DNA of 64,000 nt, taken from contig NC_043011.1 in NCBI RefSeq assembly GCF_006345805.1, forward strand, positions 32,190,464 through 32,254,463. Reading direction: 5' to 3'. The translations under genes were made by a program, and so were the position numbers. Of this stretch, positions 36,601 through 51,591 are shown piece after piece; position 1 is the first letter of the stretch, and the number at the start of each line of letters is the position of its first letter. Origin of the DNA: Octopus sinensis. Lineage: Eukaryota. The notes under the pieces are model-generated. The model had not been told where the DNA came from and ran no database searches. It saw only the letters and a program-made list of their open reading frames with translations.

Positions 36601-39600
36601 TGGGGTAATCAATTTCATCGACTCCAGTGTGTAGCTGGCAGAGACGTTAGCACACCGGGCGAAATGCTTTGTGGTATTTCGTCCGTCGCTGTGTTCTGAG
36701 TTCAAATTCCGCCGAGGACGACTTTGCCTTTCATCCTTTCGGGGTCGATAAATTAAGTACCAGTTACGCACTGGGGTCGATGTAATCGACTTAATCTGTT
36801 TGTCTGTCCTTGTTTGTCCTCTCTGTGTTTAGCTCCTTGAGGGTAGTAAAGAAATAGGTATTTATTTTATCGACTCTGAAAGGGTGAAAGGCAAAGTTGA
36901 ACTCGGCAAAATCTGAACTCTTTTACTTGTTTCAGTCATTTGACTGTGGCCATGCTGGAGCACCACCTTTAGTCGAGCAAATCGGCCCCCAGGACTTATT
37001 CTTTGTAAGCCTAGTACTTATTTTACCAGTCTCTTTTGCCGACCCGCTAGGTTATGGGGATGTAAACACACCAGCATCAGTTGTCAAGCGATGTTGCGGG
37101 GACAAACAAAGACACACAAACATATATACACACACATATAAATATATGTATATTGGGTTGTCTGGAAAGTTTGTGCCAATTTAAAGTAGCTTACATTTTG
37201 ACTTATTTTAGAACATGAGTTGAGTCCATAAAATAGGATTTGACTACACTTCCATTTAGAGTACAGTTTAAGCTATCTTTTCCTGGAAGAATGTTTATGT
37301 TCCTATAACCTGTGTTAATTTTGTAACCCTTTAAAATGGAAGATAAGAAAGTTCATTTTCAGCACTTGATGCTTTGGGAACCAGACAAAAATTGCTGCAG
37401 CTCGGCTGGGATGTGTTACCCCACCCTCCATATTCACCAGATGTTGCTCCTTCAGATTTCCACTTATTCAAGTCTCTGCAGAATAGTCTTAATGGTAAAA
37501 ATTTCCATTCCTTGGATGATGTTAAAAGATACCTTGATGAATTCTTTGCCATGAAACCGTCTCATTTCTGGGAAGAGGGTACTTTCAAGTTAAAGGAAAG
37601 ATGGAGACACATTGTGCAACAAAATGGTTCATATTTGGTTGATTAAAATTGTAATGGCAAGTATTTGTTGACCTTTTTCTTTCCTTTAAAAATCGGCACG
37701 AACTTTCTGGACAACCCAATACATATATACAACAGGTTGCTTTAAGTTTCCGTCTACCAAATCCACTCACAGGGCTTTGGTCGGCCCGAGGTTATAGTAG
37801 AAAACACTTGCTCAAGGTGCCACACAGTGAGACTGAACCTGGAATCATGTGGTTGGTAAGCAAGCTACTTACCATACAGCCACTCCAAAAGATGGATGAA
37901 ATGTCGCTAAGCATTTTGCCTGGTGTGCTAATGATTTTGTTAGTTCACCGCCTTATATATACAAGTTAGAAGTATGTGTTTTTTTTATCATCATTATCAT
38001 CAGCATAGATAATAATAATGACAACATATTAAAAAATCACTTTTCTATAAAAAAAGCTAAGTTGTACTTACAATAAGGGCTTGGTGTATCTCCCATTCAA
38101 AAGCTTTATGGCTCTCCTCCAGCTGATCAACGAGGTTTTTGTAGAGAGCATCTGAAATAAATGGTGCCACAGTTGAAGTCATGAAGTCAGACACTTAACT
38201 CTTGTTCATAAGTGGAATTTATAGCCTAAACAATCCAGTCAGGAGAAAATAAAGTAAATAAATAAATAAAGAACTAATAGTCCCAGACAATAATGGAATT
38301 GATGTCTACTCTGAGAACAAGCAGAGTTAAAAGATATGTAAAAGATAAACATGTAGTAGAGGAGTGTTTTATCAGAAATGGCAAAGTGCAGATCTGTTTT
38401 TTTTCTTTTTACTTGTATTAGTCATTTGACTGTGGCCATGCTGGAGCACTGCCTTGAAGGGGTTTTAGTTGAACAAATCGACCCCAGGACTTAAAATGAT
38501 TTTTAGCCTGGTACTTATTCTATCAGTCTCTTTTGCTGGACTGCCTAAGTTATGGGGGATGTAAACACACCAACACTGGCTGTTAAACGGTGAAGTGGGG
38601 ACGAACTGACACAAAGACACACACACGTAGATACAGGGTAAAGACCCCCTTCGGTCATGAGTGACCATGGGTTTGCACCTAGAGAGTTACCCTCTGAGGC
38701 ACAAGTCTGGGCAAGGTTGTTTTATGGAAGACCAGTAGTCGCCCATACATACCGGCCTCCCCTCTCCACGCCACCAGTGTTATCCAAGGGAAAGACAAAG
38801 GTCGATACAGCTTGGCACCTGTGACGTCGCAACTCATTTCTACAGCTGAGTGAACTGGAGCAACGTGAAATAAAGTGTCTTGCTCAAGAACACAACATGC
38901 AGCCCGGTCTGGGATTCGAGCTCACAACCTCACGATCGTAAGCTCGACGCTCTAACCACTGAGCCACGCGCCTTCACAACAAGTTGCGAGCTCACCAGGA
39001 TACATATAGATACATATAGATACATATGTAGATACATATACATATATGATGGGTTTGTTTCAGTTTCCGTCTGCCAAATCCACTCACAAGGCTTTTGGTC
39101 AGCCTGAAGCTACAGAAGAAGACACTTGCCCAAGGTGCCATGCAGTGGGATTGAAACTGGAACTATGTGGTTGGGAAGCAAGTGTCTTACCACACAGCCA
39201 AGTAGTATAATTTTAAAAAATCTTTTATTTGTTTCAGTCGTTGGACTGTCAAAATACCAGGGTGCCATCTTGAAGGGTTTTAGTTGATCAAATTGACCCC
39301 AATATTTATTCTGCAAGTCCGGTAGTAATTCTATTGGTCTTCTTTGATGAACTGCTAAGTTATGGGGAATGTAAAGAAACCAAAGCTGATTGTCAAGCAC
39401 TTGTTGGATAAACAGACATAAACACACACACATGATGGGTTTCCACAGTTTCTTGTAGAAGGTACTTGCTTAGGGTACCTTGCAGTGGGACTGAACCTGA
39501 AATTTTGTAATTACTAATAGTGCTTCTTAACTACACAGCATCTACCATGTTCGGATGGTGCTTTTTATGTACCACCGGCATGGGGAGCCAGACAGGTGGC

Positions 39601-42600
39601 ACTGGCAATGACCCATGCATAAATGGTACTTACTGCGTGTAACCAGTACAGGAGCCAGTCAGGTGGCACTGGCATCGGCCACAACTACAATTTGCATTTG
39701 ATTTGATTTGATTTGATTTTGAACAAAAGAGAATTGCAGGGGCACTATGAAAACACAAACTATACAAATCCAGAGCCAATTCCTTGCCTTCAGTCCTAAC
39801 AGAACACCAGTGCCCGATCTACAGTAGAACCTTCTGTGTATACATTGGACTGATTGGCCACAGCTGGACATACAAAGTCCTGTCTTCTTTCATGTGATGT
39901 CCTTGGTCACCATTGACAATGGCAGTCAAACTAATAGTACAGTAAGGTTGATTCAATAAAAATATATTCCTGGTTTGTAAAATGTACTTGGCCAAGAGAA
40001 AGAAATACAATTAGAGGGTAGGGCCATGAAACAAGAAGTAAAAATCCCAGGAAGCTATGAGTGACACAGTTTCAATATTTGGTTGAAAATATTTCATTTA
40101 ATTTACTTATGTAACATAAATGTTAGGAAAAAGTAATGTTTGAACATCCTCTGAAAAATATACACCCTAGGGTTTAATTAAAGGAAACCAATGTTAATTA
40201 ATGGCAACGAATCAGCTGTAACATGCAAAAGAGAAGACTGCATTGGTATGGGGATAGGTGACTTTCATGAAGGGTGACAGCTAGGTAAAGAAGGGTAAAG
40301 TGATTTAAGTGAAAACAGTGAAAGAGGAATGTGGGTGGGGAGAGGGAGAGAGAGAAACAGAAACATGTGAAGAAGTGGGGAACCTGAAGTTATAGCAGAA
40401 GACGCTTCCCCAAGGTTCAACACAGTGGGAATGAACCTGGAACCACTTGGTTAAAAAGCAGAAAAAAAAAAACCCCCAAAAAACCAAAAAACAAATCCAC
40501 TTACCCAAAATGCAATACAGTGGGATCAAACACAAGACCTCATGATTGCAAAGCAGACTTGTTAACCATTTGGCCATACTGTGTCCATTTGCACACACAC
40601 ACACTCCCTCTCCCTGCTCTCTCTCTCACACACAAGGACTTACCACTCCATAATGTCTTACAATGAGAATAAAATAATTCACTTGAACTTCCACTCACCA
40701 GCATTTTCTTTACCCTGAACAGCTTTGATGTGTTTGTTGAATAACTGCAAAGAGAGAATGGTGTGTTGGATGGGTTTGTAAATATTTACATGATTACTCA
40801 GCTCAATTCAGGATCTACATCAATCATACAATGAAAACATTTCTTTCCTGGATAAACACATTCAATACACAGGCATAGGAGGGGCTGTAAGGTAAGTAGC
40901 TTGCTTGCGAACCACATGGTTCTGGGTTCAGTCCCACTGTATGACACCTTGGGCAAGTGTCTTCTACAATGGCCTCGGGCCGACCAAAGCTTTGTGAGTG
41001 GATTTGGTAGACGGAAACTGAAAGAAGCCCATCGTATATATGCATATATATGTATGTATGTGTGTGTGTGTGTGTGTTTGTGTGTCTGTGTTTGTGTTTG
41101 TCCCCCCAACATCACTTGACAACCAATGCTGGTATGTTTACGTCCCCCATAACTCAGTGGTTCAGCAAAAGAGACCGATAGCATAAATACTAGGCTTACA
41201 AAGAATAAGTCCTGGGGTTGATTTGCTTGACTAAAGGCGATGCTCCAGCATGGCTTCAGTCAAATGACTGAAACAAGTAAAAGAGTAAAGAGTAAAGAGA
41301 TATTGTTTTACTTGTTTCAGTCATTTGACTGTGGCCATGCTACAGCATCACCTTTTAGTTGAAGAAATCGACCCATGAACTTATTCTTTGTAAGTCTGGT
41401 ACTTATTCTATTGGTCTCTTCTGCCAAACCACTAAGTTAAGGGGATGTATTGATTGTCAAACGAGGGGTGGTGGGGCAAACATAGACACAAACATACACA
41501 CATAAATATATGCATAAATGACGGGTTTCTTTCAGTTTCCATCTACCAAATCCACTCACAAGGCTGTGGTTGGTCCGAGACTATAGTAGAAGACACTTGT
41601 CCAAGGTGACATGCAGTAAGACTCTATTCAGCATCATCAGTGAAAACATTTAATCAACATATTAAAGTAGAATACCTGAAAATAAAATATTTCGATACCA
41701 CTTCGCCTTACTGGCACTCATGCCTGTGCTAGTAGGGTGCCAAGAGCACCATCCAAGCATGATCGTTGCCAGAGCAGCCAACTGGCTTCCGTACCCCACC
41801 ATCCGAGTGTGATCATTGCCAGAGCAACCAACTGGCTTCCGTACCCGTGGCACGTACAAGGGCACCATTCGAGGGTGATCGTTATCAATGTCGCTTCACT
41901 GGCACGTGAAAAAAAGTGGGGAGAGGAGATAGAGATTACAATTTATTGATTGAACATGATTGACATAAACATTTTCCTTCTCCTCAGATACATAAAGCGA
42001 AGTATGCACACATACATAAACAGAGAAAGAGAGAGAGAGAACATTAAAATGCCTGATGTCAAATAAGTTAGCATTGAATCAGTAACACCAAAAAGGCAAC
42101 ACTAAAATGTTTAATACTCTCTCATCTACAAAGCACAGATGAAACTTTACTTACCTTTTCTGTATCTTTAGTAGAAACCGCAAAAGATTTTGTAGACTCA
42201 TACTGCTTTTTACACTGAATATTTTCAAGGAATTTCTGTTTATATACTTTTTCAGCCTGACAAAAAAAAAAAAATTAAAATACTTTGCTTATGGACAGAA
42301 AATACAGAATTCATGAAAGCAAGAATGGACATAATAATTGTTTGCCTATAAATATATGTTGCATGCATAAATATACACATATATTTTTTCTTTTATTTGT
42401 TTCAGTCATTTTACTGCGGCCATGCTGGAGCACTGACTTTAGTCATACAAATCAACCCCCAGGACTTATTCTTTGTAAGCCCAGTACTTATTCTATCGGT
42501 CTCTTTAGCCAAAACACTAAGTTATGGGAATGTAAACACACCAACATCGGTTGTCAAGCGATGGTGAAGGGACAAACACAGACACACAAACATATACATA

Positions 42601-43085
42601 TTTATATATGATGGGCTTCTTTCAGTTTCCGTCTACCAAATCTACTCACAAGGCTTTGGTTGGCCAGAGGCTATAGTAGAAGACACTTGCCCAAGGTGCC
42701 ATGCAGTAGGACTGAACCTGGAACCATGTGATTGGTAAGAAATGTCTATTTCTCTAGCCTTAGTCTAACCAAAGCCTTGTGAATGGATTTGGTAGAATGG
42801 AAACTGAAAAATGTCTGTTGTATATGTAATCTACATTTGTGCGTCTTTGTGTCTGTGCTTGTTCTCCCACCACTACGTGACAATTGATGATGGTTTGTTT
42901 GCATCCCCATAAAATTAGTGGTTAAGCAAGTACTGGGCTTAAAAAAGAAGTACATAAGTTGATTCATCTGACTAAAAAAAAATCTGGAGGCAGTGCTGCA
43001 GCCTGGCCACAGTCTGATGATAGAAACGTAAAACATAAAAGATATGTAAGTATATATATATATATATACATACATACATACACAC

Positions 43086-43132
<47 letters not shown>

Positions 43133-45567
43133 TCATCATCATTAACGTCTGCTTTCCATGCGGGTATGGGTTGGATGGTTTGACTGGGGACTGGGGACTG
43201 GTGAGCAAGGCTCCAATCTGATCTGGCAGAGTTTCTACAGCTGATGTCCTTTCTAATGCCAACCACTCTGAGAGTGTTGTGGGTGCTTTTACGTGCCAGT
43301 CAGGCGGTACTGGCAACAGCCATTCTCAAATGGTGTTTTTACATGTCACCTGCACAGGAGCCAGTCCAGCGGCACTGGCAACGAACTTGCTCGAATGTTA
43401 TTTTTCACGTACTCAGTATTATCTGGGTAACTGCTTGTGTCTGTGTTTATCCCCACAACATCACTTGACAACCGATGCTGGTGTGTTTACGTCCCCGTAA
43501 CTTAGTGGTTTGGCAAAAGAAACTAATAGAATAAGTACTAGGCTTCCAAAGAATAAGTCCTGGGGTCGAATTGCTTGACTAAAGGTGGTACTCCAGCATG
43601 GCCGTAGTCAAATGACTGAAACAAGTAAAAGAGTATACATATCATCACCCTTTAATGTCTGTTTTTCACGCTAGCATATATATACAAATATATATATATA
43701 TATATACACACATACACAAACATGTTACATACACATATTTGCATGTATATATATATATGTATGTATACAAACACACACACATAGATATTCTTTTATTTAT
43801 TTAAATCATTTGACTGCGGCCATGCTGGAGCACACGTTTAGTCAAACAAATTGACCCCAGGACTTATTCTTTGTAAACCTAGTACTTATTCTATCGTCGC
43901 TTTTGCTGAACCGCAAGGTTACGGGGATGTAAACACACCAACATCGGTTGTCAAGTGATGGTAGTGGGGGACAAACACAAACACATACATATTTCTTTAC
44001 TACCCACAAGGGGCTAAACACAGAGGGGACAAACAAGAACAGACAAACGGATTAAGTCGATTACATCGACCCCAGTGTGTAACTGGTACTTAATTTATCG
44101 ACCCCAGTGCGTAACTGGTACTTAATTTATCGACCCCAAAAGGATGAAAGGCAAAGTTGACCTCGGCGGAATTTGAACTCAGAATGTAACAGCAGACGAA
44201 ATACGGCTACGCATTTCACCCGGCATGCTAACGTTTCTGCCAGCTCGCCACCCTATATATAATGGGCTTCTTTCAGTTTCCATCTACCAAATCCACTCAC
44301 AAAGTTTTGATACATATATATATATATATACATACACACACAAACCTGTTACATACACGTATCTGCATGTATACACACGTATATATGTATATGTACACAC
44401 ACATATATACATTTGTCATCCTTGTCAACATCATTTTCACATCTGTTTCCATGTTGGCATAGGTTAGACATGACTGTCTAAAGCAACATTCCTATGGCTG
44501 ACTGTTTATCTTGATGTTAAGTGTTCTTCGTTTTTAATTGAAATAATTATTTATTCTACTGGTGTTTACATGCCATCTCTGTGAAACATTAACGGACATC
44601 ACTGCAAAAATTTGCCGAGACAAATTATATGTATGTGTGTACACAACCACACACACTTCTTATCTGTATGATTTGTGTTCATTGGCATTTGTCACTGCAT
44701 ACATACACACACACACACACACACGAGGTGGAGCTGTAAACTTCCTGGGTCGTGGATTTGAGTAAAAGAAAATACAGGGGGATGTGTTAATTATGATTTT
44801 ATTCAACATATTCATACACTTATTGCAATAGTCATTTAGTTTTTCTAAGCTCTGTAAAAGAACCCAAAAGTTTGGGCCTCCAATCAGGCCTTTCGTGATA
44901 CCCTTAAAGCCAGGAACTTTTTGGCACCCCTTGTCTCCTATCTCTCTCTTCTATCCTTTCTCTTTTCAAAGAAAATATTTCTCTCAGTGTTCACTATTTT
45001 TCCCTCATTCAGGTCTAACAACCCTCCATATTTGGTTTCATTCGGTTTCCCTGTATGTCTCCACTGTCCAGTTTTCATTCCTAACTTTGACCCTCCATAA
45101 ATCCCAAATTTTATTTTGGTATTTATGGGAGCAACTGTCTTCGAAGTCTCATATTGTCGTTGACTCATATTGCTCGAAATGGGGAGTAGATAGACAGCTG
45201 ACAACTGATGAAGGGTCGTTCTTTGTATTCTTTGTATTACTTGTCTTGTTTTCCATTTTTTCTCTTGTTATTTGCGTATTTAACCCTTTAGTATTTAAAC
45301 AGGCCATATCCGGCCCAAATATTCTACCTGCTTTATGTTCTAACTAGTCAGATCCAACCTATCACACCTACCCTTCAATGCCATTCTAGAAATATACAAT
45401 CTCATCATCAAAACTTTATAGCTACAAAATAAAGTATGATTAATTATAAACAATGTCAATGAAAAATCATTACATTTGACAAAATAATCTGAATACGAAA
45501 GGGTTAACTCATTTTTTTTCGTATTTCATGTTGTTTACTGTTGGTCACGTCCTGTACCCATATATGC

Positions 45568-45656
<89 letters not shown>

Positions 45657-45657
45657 A

Positions 45658-45688
<31 letters not shown>

Positions 45689-45707
45689 CGTAATATATAT
45701 ATATATA

Positions 45708-45745
<38 letters not shown>

Positions 45746-45840
45746 GTAAATATGTATATATATATTATATATATATATATATATCTACGTAAATATGTAT
45801 ATATATATATATCTATATATATTATATATATAATATATAT

Positions 45841-45871
<31 letters not shown>

Positions 45872-46323
45872 ATATAATGCATACAGAGTGGTCCAAAAGT
45901 CACACGCAAAATAAGCTCAATATGCTCCAGAATTGTGAAAGGCATGATTTGATTTTCCTAAAACTGAATAAGATAAATAAAATGCTGATGGATGCACATG
46001 TGCATGTAATTGTGCTGCATCAATCTATGCACAAACTGATGCAGCACAATTAGATACACAATATCCTACGTATAACAGAAAGTTGCGGGAAGGGGGTGAA
46101 ACGATCATTGTACTGAATGAAAGACTAGTGCTAAATCTATCTTCCGTTTCCTTCCTCAATTATTATCGCAACTAACACTTCGAAATTCCTGACGTAGATC
46201 CAGAGGAAATATACCTTGACCATAGATGACACCAGGTAGCCCAAACTTTGAATGTGCTTTACTTAACAGACTCACTGACATATACCTATTAGCCCCCAAA
46301 ATTACATTTATGTGTGTGTGTGC

Positions 46324-46359
<36 letters not shown>

Positions 46360-47305
46360 TAAGTAATTAAGGGTTTAGCAACGATTTGCCTCACCACACA
46401 CCGAATTTAGAAATAGCAGTCAAAGAGTTTTGGCTATTCTTTCTACTTAAAAGGGAGATCCCAGTAAAACCACAGCACTTAAAAGGCAAACAACGCAGCC
46501 AAAAGAGAAAGAAATTACGATAATCATTCTATATTGTGACCTACGGACGTACGTTTCGGAATTAATATATATATATATACCGGAGTAAACACATAAATGT
46601 GAAACAAGGTGGAAAAAAAGAGTACTCAAATACCAGTGGTAGAGTAATATGCTTTATTTAAAGCAGCAGAAAAAATATATTTTAAATAAAGTATATATAT
46701 ATATATATATATATATATACGAGCAAAAGGCCCCCCCACCCGTCCAATTGACAGTGCTGAGTTGTCAAACATTTAAACCAAATTTTCTCAAAACAACTTG
46801 TCCGACCGTCCCATAGGCTTCCCCTTTGAGAAACACTGATTTAACCTAAATTTGAGACACCAGCAAAAGAAGAAATAAAGATAGACTTTTTTTCTATTCC
46901 AAAGAAAAATGATTTTATTCACACAAATATGCAACCGAAGAGTTTAAATTACCAGTAATGATAAGGCTGTTGACTGGGAGAACACAAACATGGTTTAAAC
47001 AGTAAGCTCGGCAGGAAAGAAACGTGCCTTTAAGCAGTACAAAAACAACAGAAAATGGAAGGTGCAGTTATGTACAGGTTGATGGAAGAAAAGCAGGACA
47101 AAAATGGCTTTATCGATCGCATTCTCACCGGGAATCGATTTTTGTAATTTTTTCAAGACTTATACACGCCCTGATACCGTCAGTATCTACATATCAAATT
47201 TGAGCACAATCGGATGGAGGATGCCCGAGATCTGAGAAGACACACAGACAGAATGGATTTTATATAAGAGATATATATACACACACCCATATGTATGTAT
47301 GTGTG

Positions 47306-47357
<52 letters not shown>

Positions 47358-48935
47358 GATAGATAGATAGATAGATACACACATATATTATGAATAAACA
47401 AGAAGTAAAAGCTAACGTAAGTAAACAGCTAACTATAAAATTTATGCAAACAAAGGATATTATTCATTCCTTCTGTGGGACTGACCCAGAAACATTCACT
47501 CATGTTTTAGTTTTAGTCTTCAGTCTTATGTAGGTTGTTGGATTGTATTGCTGGAAAGGTAGTAAAGTGTTTTCTAAACTAATATAGACACACATCATGT
47601 GAACTTTGAGAAAAAAAAACAACTGTCTTATAAAGTGGTAGGGCATGGCAGATTATGAATAGCACAATGTTACTTGATAAAAATATGACAAGAAATTTGT
47701 TTTTATTGGAAATTCATGTTGTGTTTATTTACAATGAAGCTAGTATGCTTTGCATGACAAGAAACATCAGTGAGCATGTATGACAGAGTGTAAGTGTTGT
47801 GAGAGAAAAGTTGGGTATAAGAGGCATGAGATGCAGTGTGCAAGAGAGACAACTGTATTGGTATGGTTATGTAATGCATATGTATGAGGAGAGCTGTGTA
47901 AAGACATGCCGATCTCTGAATGTGGAGGCAACCTGGGGATGGGGTGCACTCAAGAAGACATAGGATGAGGTGGTGAAGCATGAACTTCAAACATTGGGTC
48001 TTGCAGAGGCAATGACAAATGACCAAGACCTTTGGCGATATACCGTGCTTGAGAAGACCTGTGAAACCAAGTGAAATCGTTGTCATGGAAGATACTGGTG
48101 TCGTGCAACTGGCACCAATGGTGGCGACACATAAAATGCACCCTTCGAACACTGGGCCTCACAGAGGCAATGATAAGTGACCAAGCCCTTTGGTGATATG
48201 TCCAATCAAGTGAAATCGTAGTCGTGGCTGATGCCGGTGTCACATAACTGGCACCCTGCCAGTGGTATGTAAAAAGCACTCATTATACTCTTGGAGTGGT
48301 TGGTATTAGGAAGGGCATCCAGCTGTAGAAACCATGACAAATCAGATTAGCACCAGGTGTAGGCCTCCAGCTTATCAGTTTCAGTCAAGCTCATGCAGAG
48401 GCTAAATGATGATGATGATGATGGTGACAAACTAAGCCTGAAAGCTATGCCAGTGGAGCACAAGTTCCGGGACCAGTCTCTCATGCTGGACAGATCAAAG
48501 GGTAGATGACAGAGGTAACAATGGGTTTGCATAGAGCTAACACTCCTGCCTAGAGAAAGGGTAAAGTTATAGAAGCATCAATGACAATTCAAAACCAACA
48601 AGACCTGGGAGAGGAAGGCCTTCTTTTAGGGAAACATATGTGCAGCAGGATCTGAAAGAAAACGGCAGGTTAAAAGTTGGGAACCAAGTGGAGCAAAACA
48701 GAAAAGACAGCCAGGTGAAAAATCAGTGGAGAAAAATCATCAATGGCTTATGCCCCACAGGGCGCAAAGGCCTTACCCCTCAAATATTTTAACCTATCTT
48801 TTTAATTCTTTTCTTGTTTCAGTCATTAGACTGCAGCCATGCTGGGGCACCACTTTGAAGTATTTTACTTGAATGAGTTGACCGCCAGTAGTAATTTTTT
48901 TAAGCTTGGTACTTACTCTATTGGTCTTTTTTTCA

Positions 48936-48973
<38 letters not shown>

Positions 48974-51557
48974 ATTAAATAATGAGGGTAGAAATTAATA
49001 TCATTAATTAATATTAATTTAAACCAGTGGCTAGCATACTTAAAAAAATATCTGAGTCTTATGAATTATATTACATATATAAATAAGAGGAATAGCCACC
49101 AAGGTGGATTCATAATATGCTAGAATATACCATATTGCCTTGCCACGAAGAATATGTTCTCATATGGAGTTAATTGCTCTATTTTGTCTTGCTCTCATAC
49201 ATTCTGGCTTTTGCTAAAGTTTTTGAGAACATATTCTTTGTGGTAAGGCAATTTGGCGTCTTCTTCTAGTATAGCAGGAATCCACCTTGGTGGCTACTCC
49301 TCTTATTTATATATATGTATACATATATAAATACGACATAGGTGCTGGAAAGTTACTGGCTTTAAGGGTATTGCAAAAGGCCTGGTTGGAAGCCCAACCT
49401 TCTGAGTTCTTTTATAGGGCTTAGAAAAACTGAAGAACTACTGCAATAAGTGTGTGAATCTGAGAGTGGAATATGTTGAATAAAATCATTATTAACTGAT
49501 CCTCCTGTATTTTCTTTTGCCCAAAGCTAGGAGCTTTCGGCACCCACGTCCTATCAACATGCACACATACACATATACATGTGTGTTTATAAGTATATAA
49601 ACAAAATACTTACATTTAAAGTCCGGTTGTATAAGGTCGAGTTGTGTGAGTGACACTTTCTTACTGATTCTTTACACTACAAGAAGGAAAGAAAGAAAGA
49701 AAGAATAATTAAATGTCTGAGGTGATTTGGGATTTTTTCTTTTTTCTTAATGTCTTAGTAAGAACAGGAAATGTACTTTAAAAAGGTCAAGGATGGTGCA
49801 TTTCCTGCTCTGAACTGTGACTAAATAACCACGGCACCATCATTGTTACAGCCAGTATTGCTTTCACCATCATCTTTGTCACCACCACCGTAATCATCAT
49901 CATCATCATTGTCACCATAATCATTGACATCATCACCATTGTCACCATAATCATCATCGACATCATCACCATTGTCACCATAATCAACATCGACATCATC
50001 ATAATAATAATGGTTTCAAATTTTGGCACATTCAGGGCAATTTCAGCAATTTCAGGGCAAAATTGATTACATTGACCCCAATGCTCATCTGATACTTATT
50101 TTATTGACTTCGAAATGATGAAAGGTCAAGTCAACTTCGGCATCATCATCATCATCATCATCATCATAACGATAATAGGGCCACATCAAGTATTCTGCTC
50201 AATACCACAGATTTGCTGTCTGTTGCTCAACCAGTTGAGCATGTCCCTTAATGGCTGACAATATGTGTACTTCTGATCACAATCAGAAGTAGTGGGAAAA
50301 CATCATAGCCATGTGTTGAGAAAAATTCTTTGGTGTTTGGATAATTCACCTCTGGAAACATGGGTGTTTCATTCAACATCCTTAAACAACCCTTATTCAA
50401 GGACCTTTTGAGCGGGATGGGCTATTCAACCCAAAGAAAATTCTAACTAGGCCCTACCTGCAAGGTCATGCACTGTTTATCTTGACATGAGATCACTATG
50501 TCACGCAAATATGGTTGAGATGCATGTGCCTGGTGTACCCTTATCAGATGGGAAGTCATGATGGGTATATTGGGCCTTGTATATTTTACCTGAGTATCAC
50601 TTCAATGGCATGCACTGCTCTCTCACTCAATAACAATAATTTCAAATTTCAAATTTTGGCATAAGGCCAGCAATTCTAGGTGGGAGTGAGTAGTTGATTA
50701 TACAGACCCCAGTATTTGACTGGTACTTCAATTTATTGACCCCTCACCCCAACTCTGGGCCGATAAAAACGGAAAGCAAAGTTGACCTCCGTGGCATTTG
50801 AACTCAGAGCATAAAAAGCCAGAAAAAATGCTATTATTCTCCTCTAATTGATTAATTTTACCACTTAGTGTGTTTTACCAAGTTCCCTATTAGATATCCC
50901 TCCTACGTACATTATATCTGTTTTACCCTTCCACGTCCCCTCATCAAGTCTCCTATTACACATCCTTGTCATATTCTGGGATTTTTTCACACATTCAGTT
51001 TTCAGTTTAACATCCTAGTCAAACCATTGTAGTTTCACCTCTCCATACACCGCCAACAAGCTTCCTGTTACACATCCTAGTCAAATTGTTTTACACTCAT
51101 CTGCCCTTGACCAGTTTTCAATCTCTTATTGTACTTGCACGTATTTCTCAAAACATGCTCTCTACAACTTTCCATGACACACTGTAAATAGCTATATGTT
51201 TGTTCTCCATGCTCTAATACACAAAATCAAATCATTCGGGTTTTCAAGGATCAGAAGTGTCTATGTAACACTTTCTGATCTGTTCAAGTTTAGTGAGTTT
51301 AGATAGTAAATGGGTGAATGAGCAAGTGAAATAGCTATGATTTGGTGTTGCAACTAGGGTTGCGCAGTTGCTTTATTGCTTGGCTGGAAGTATATCACTT
51401 ACTCTAAGTTAGAATTTTGTTTTCACATTTTTCTGTGGTTTGGACTGGAGGAAGTGTGGTGGTGGTAGTGGTGGTCTGTACTTGTGGTTTTTGCAAGTTC
51501 TCCAAAAGCAGTGAGACAAATGTGTTGATGTTATTGGACAAACCCAATTTGCTGACA

Positions 51558-51591
<34 letters not shown>

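Noticed and set aside
38880-38977. tRNA gene (also other A/B-box heads, e.g. 58583-58660)
   Set aside because: A and B boxes are present but the sequence continues into a SINE body and lacks a paired acceptor stem; these are SINE heads.
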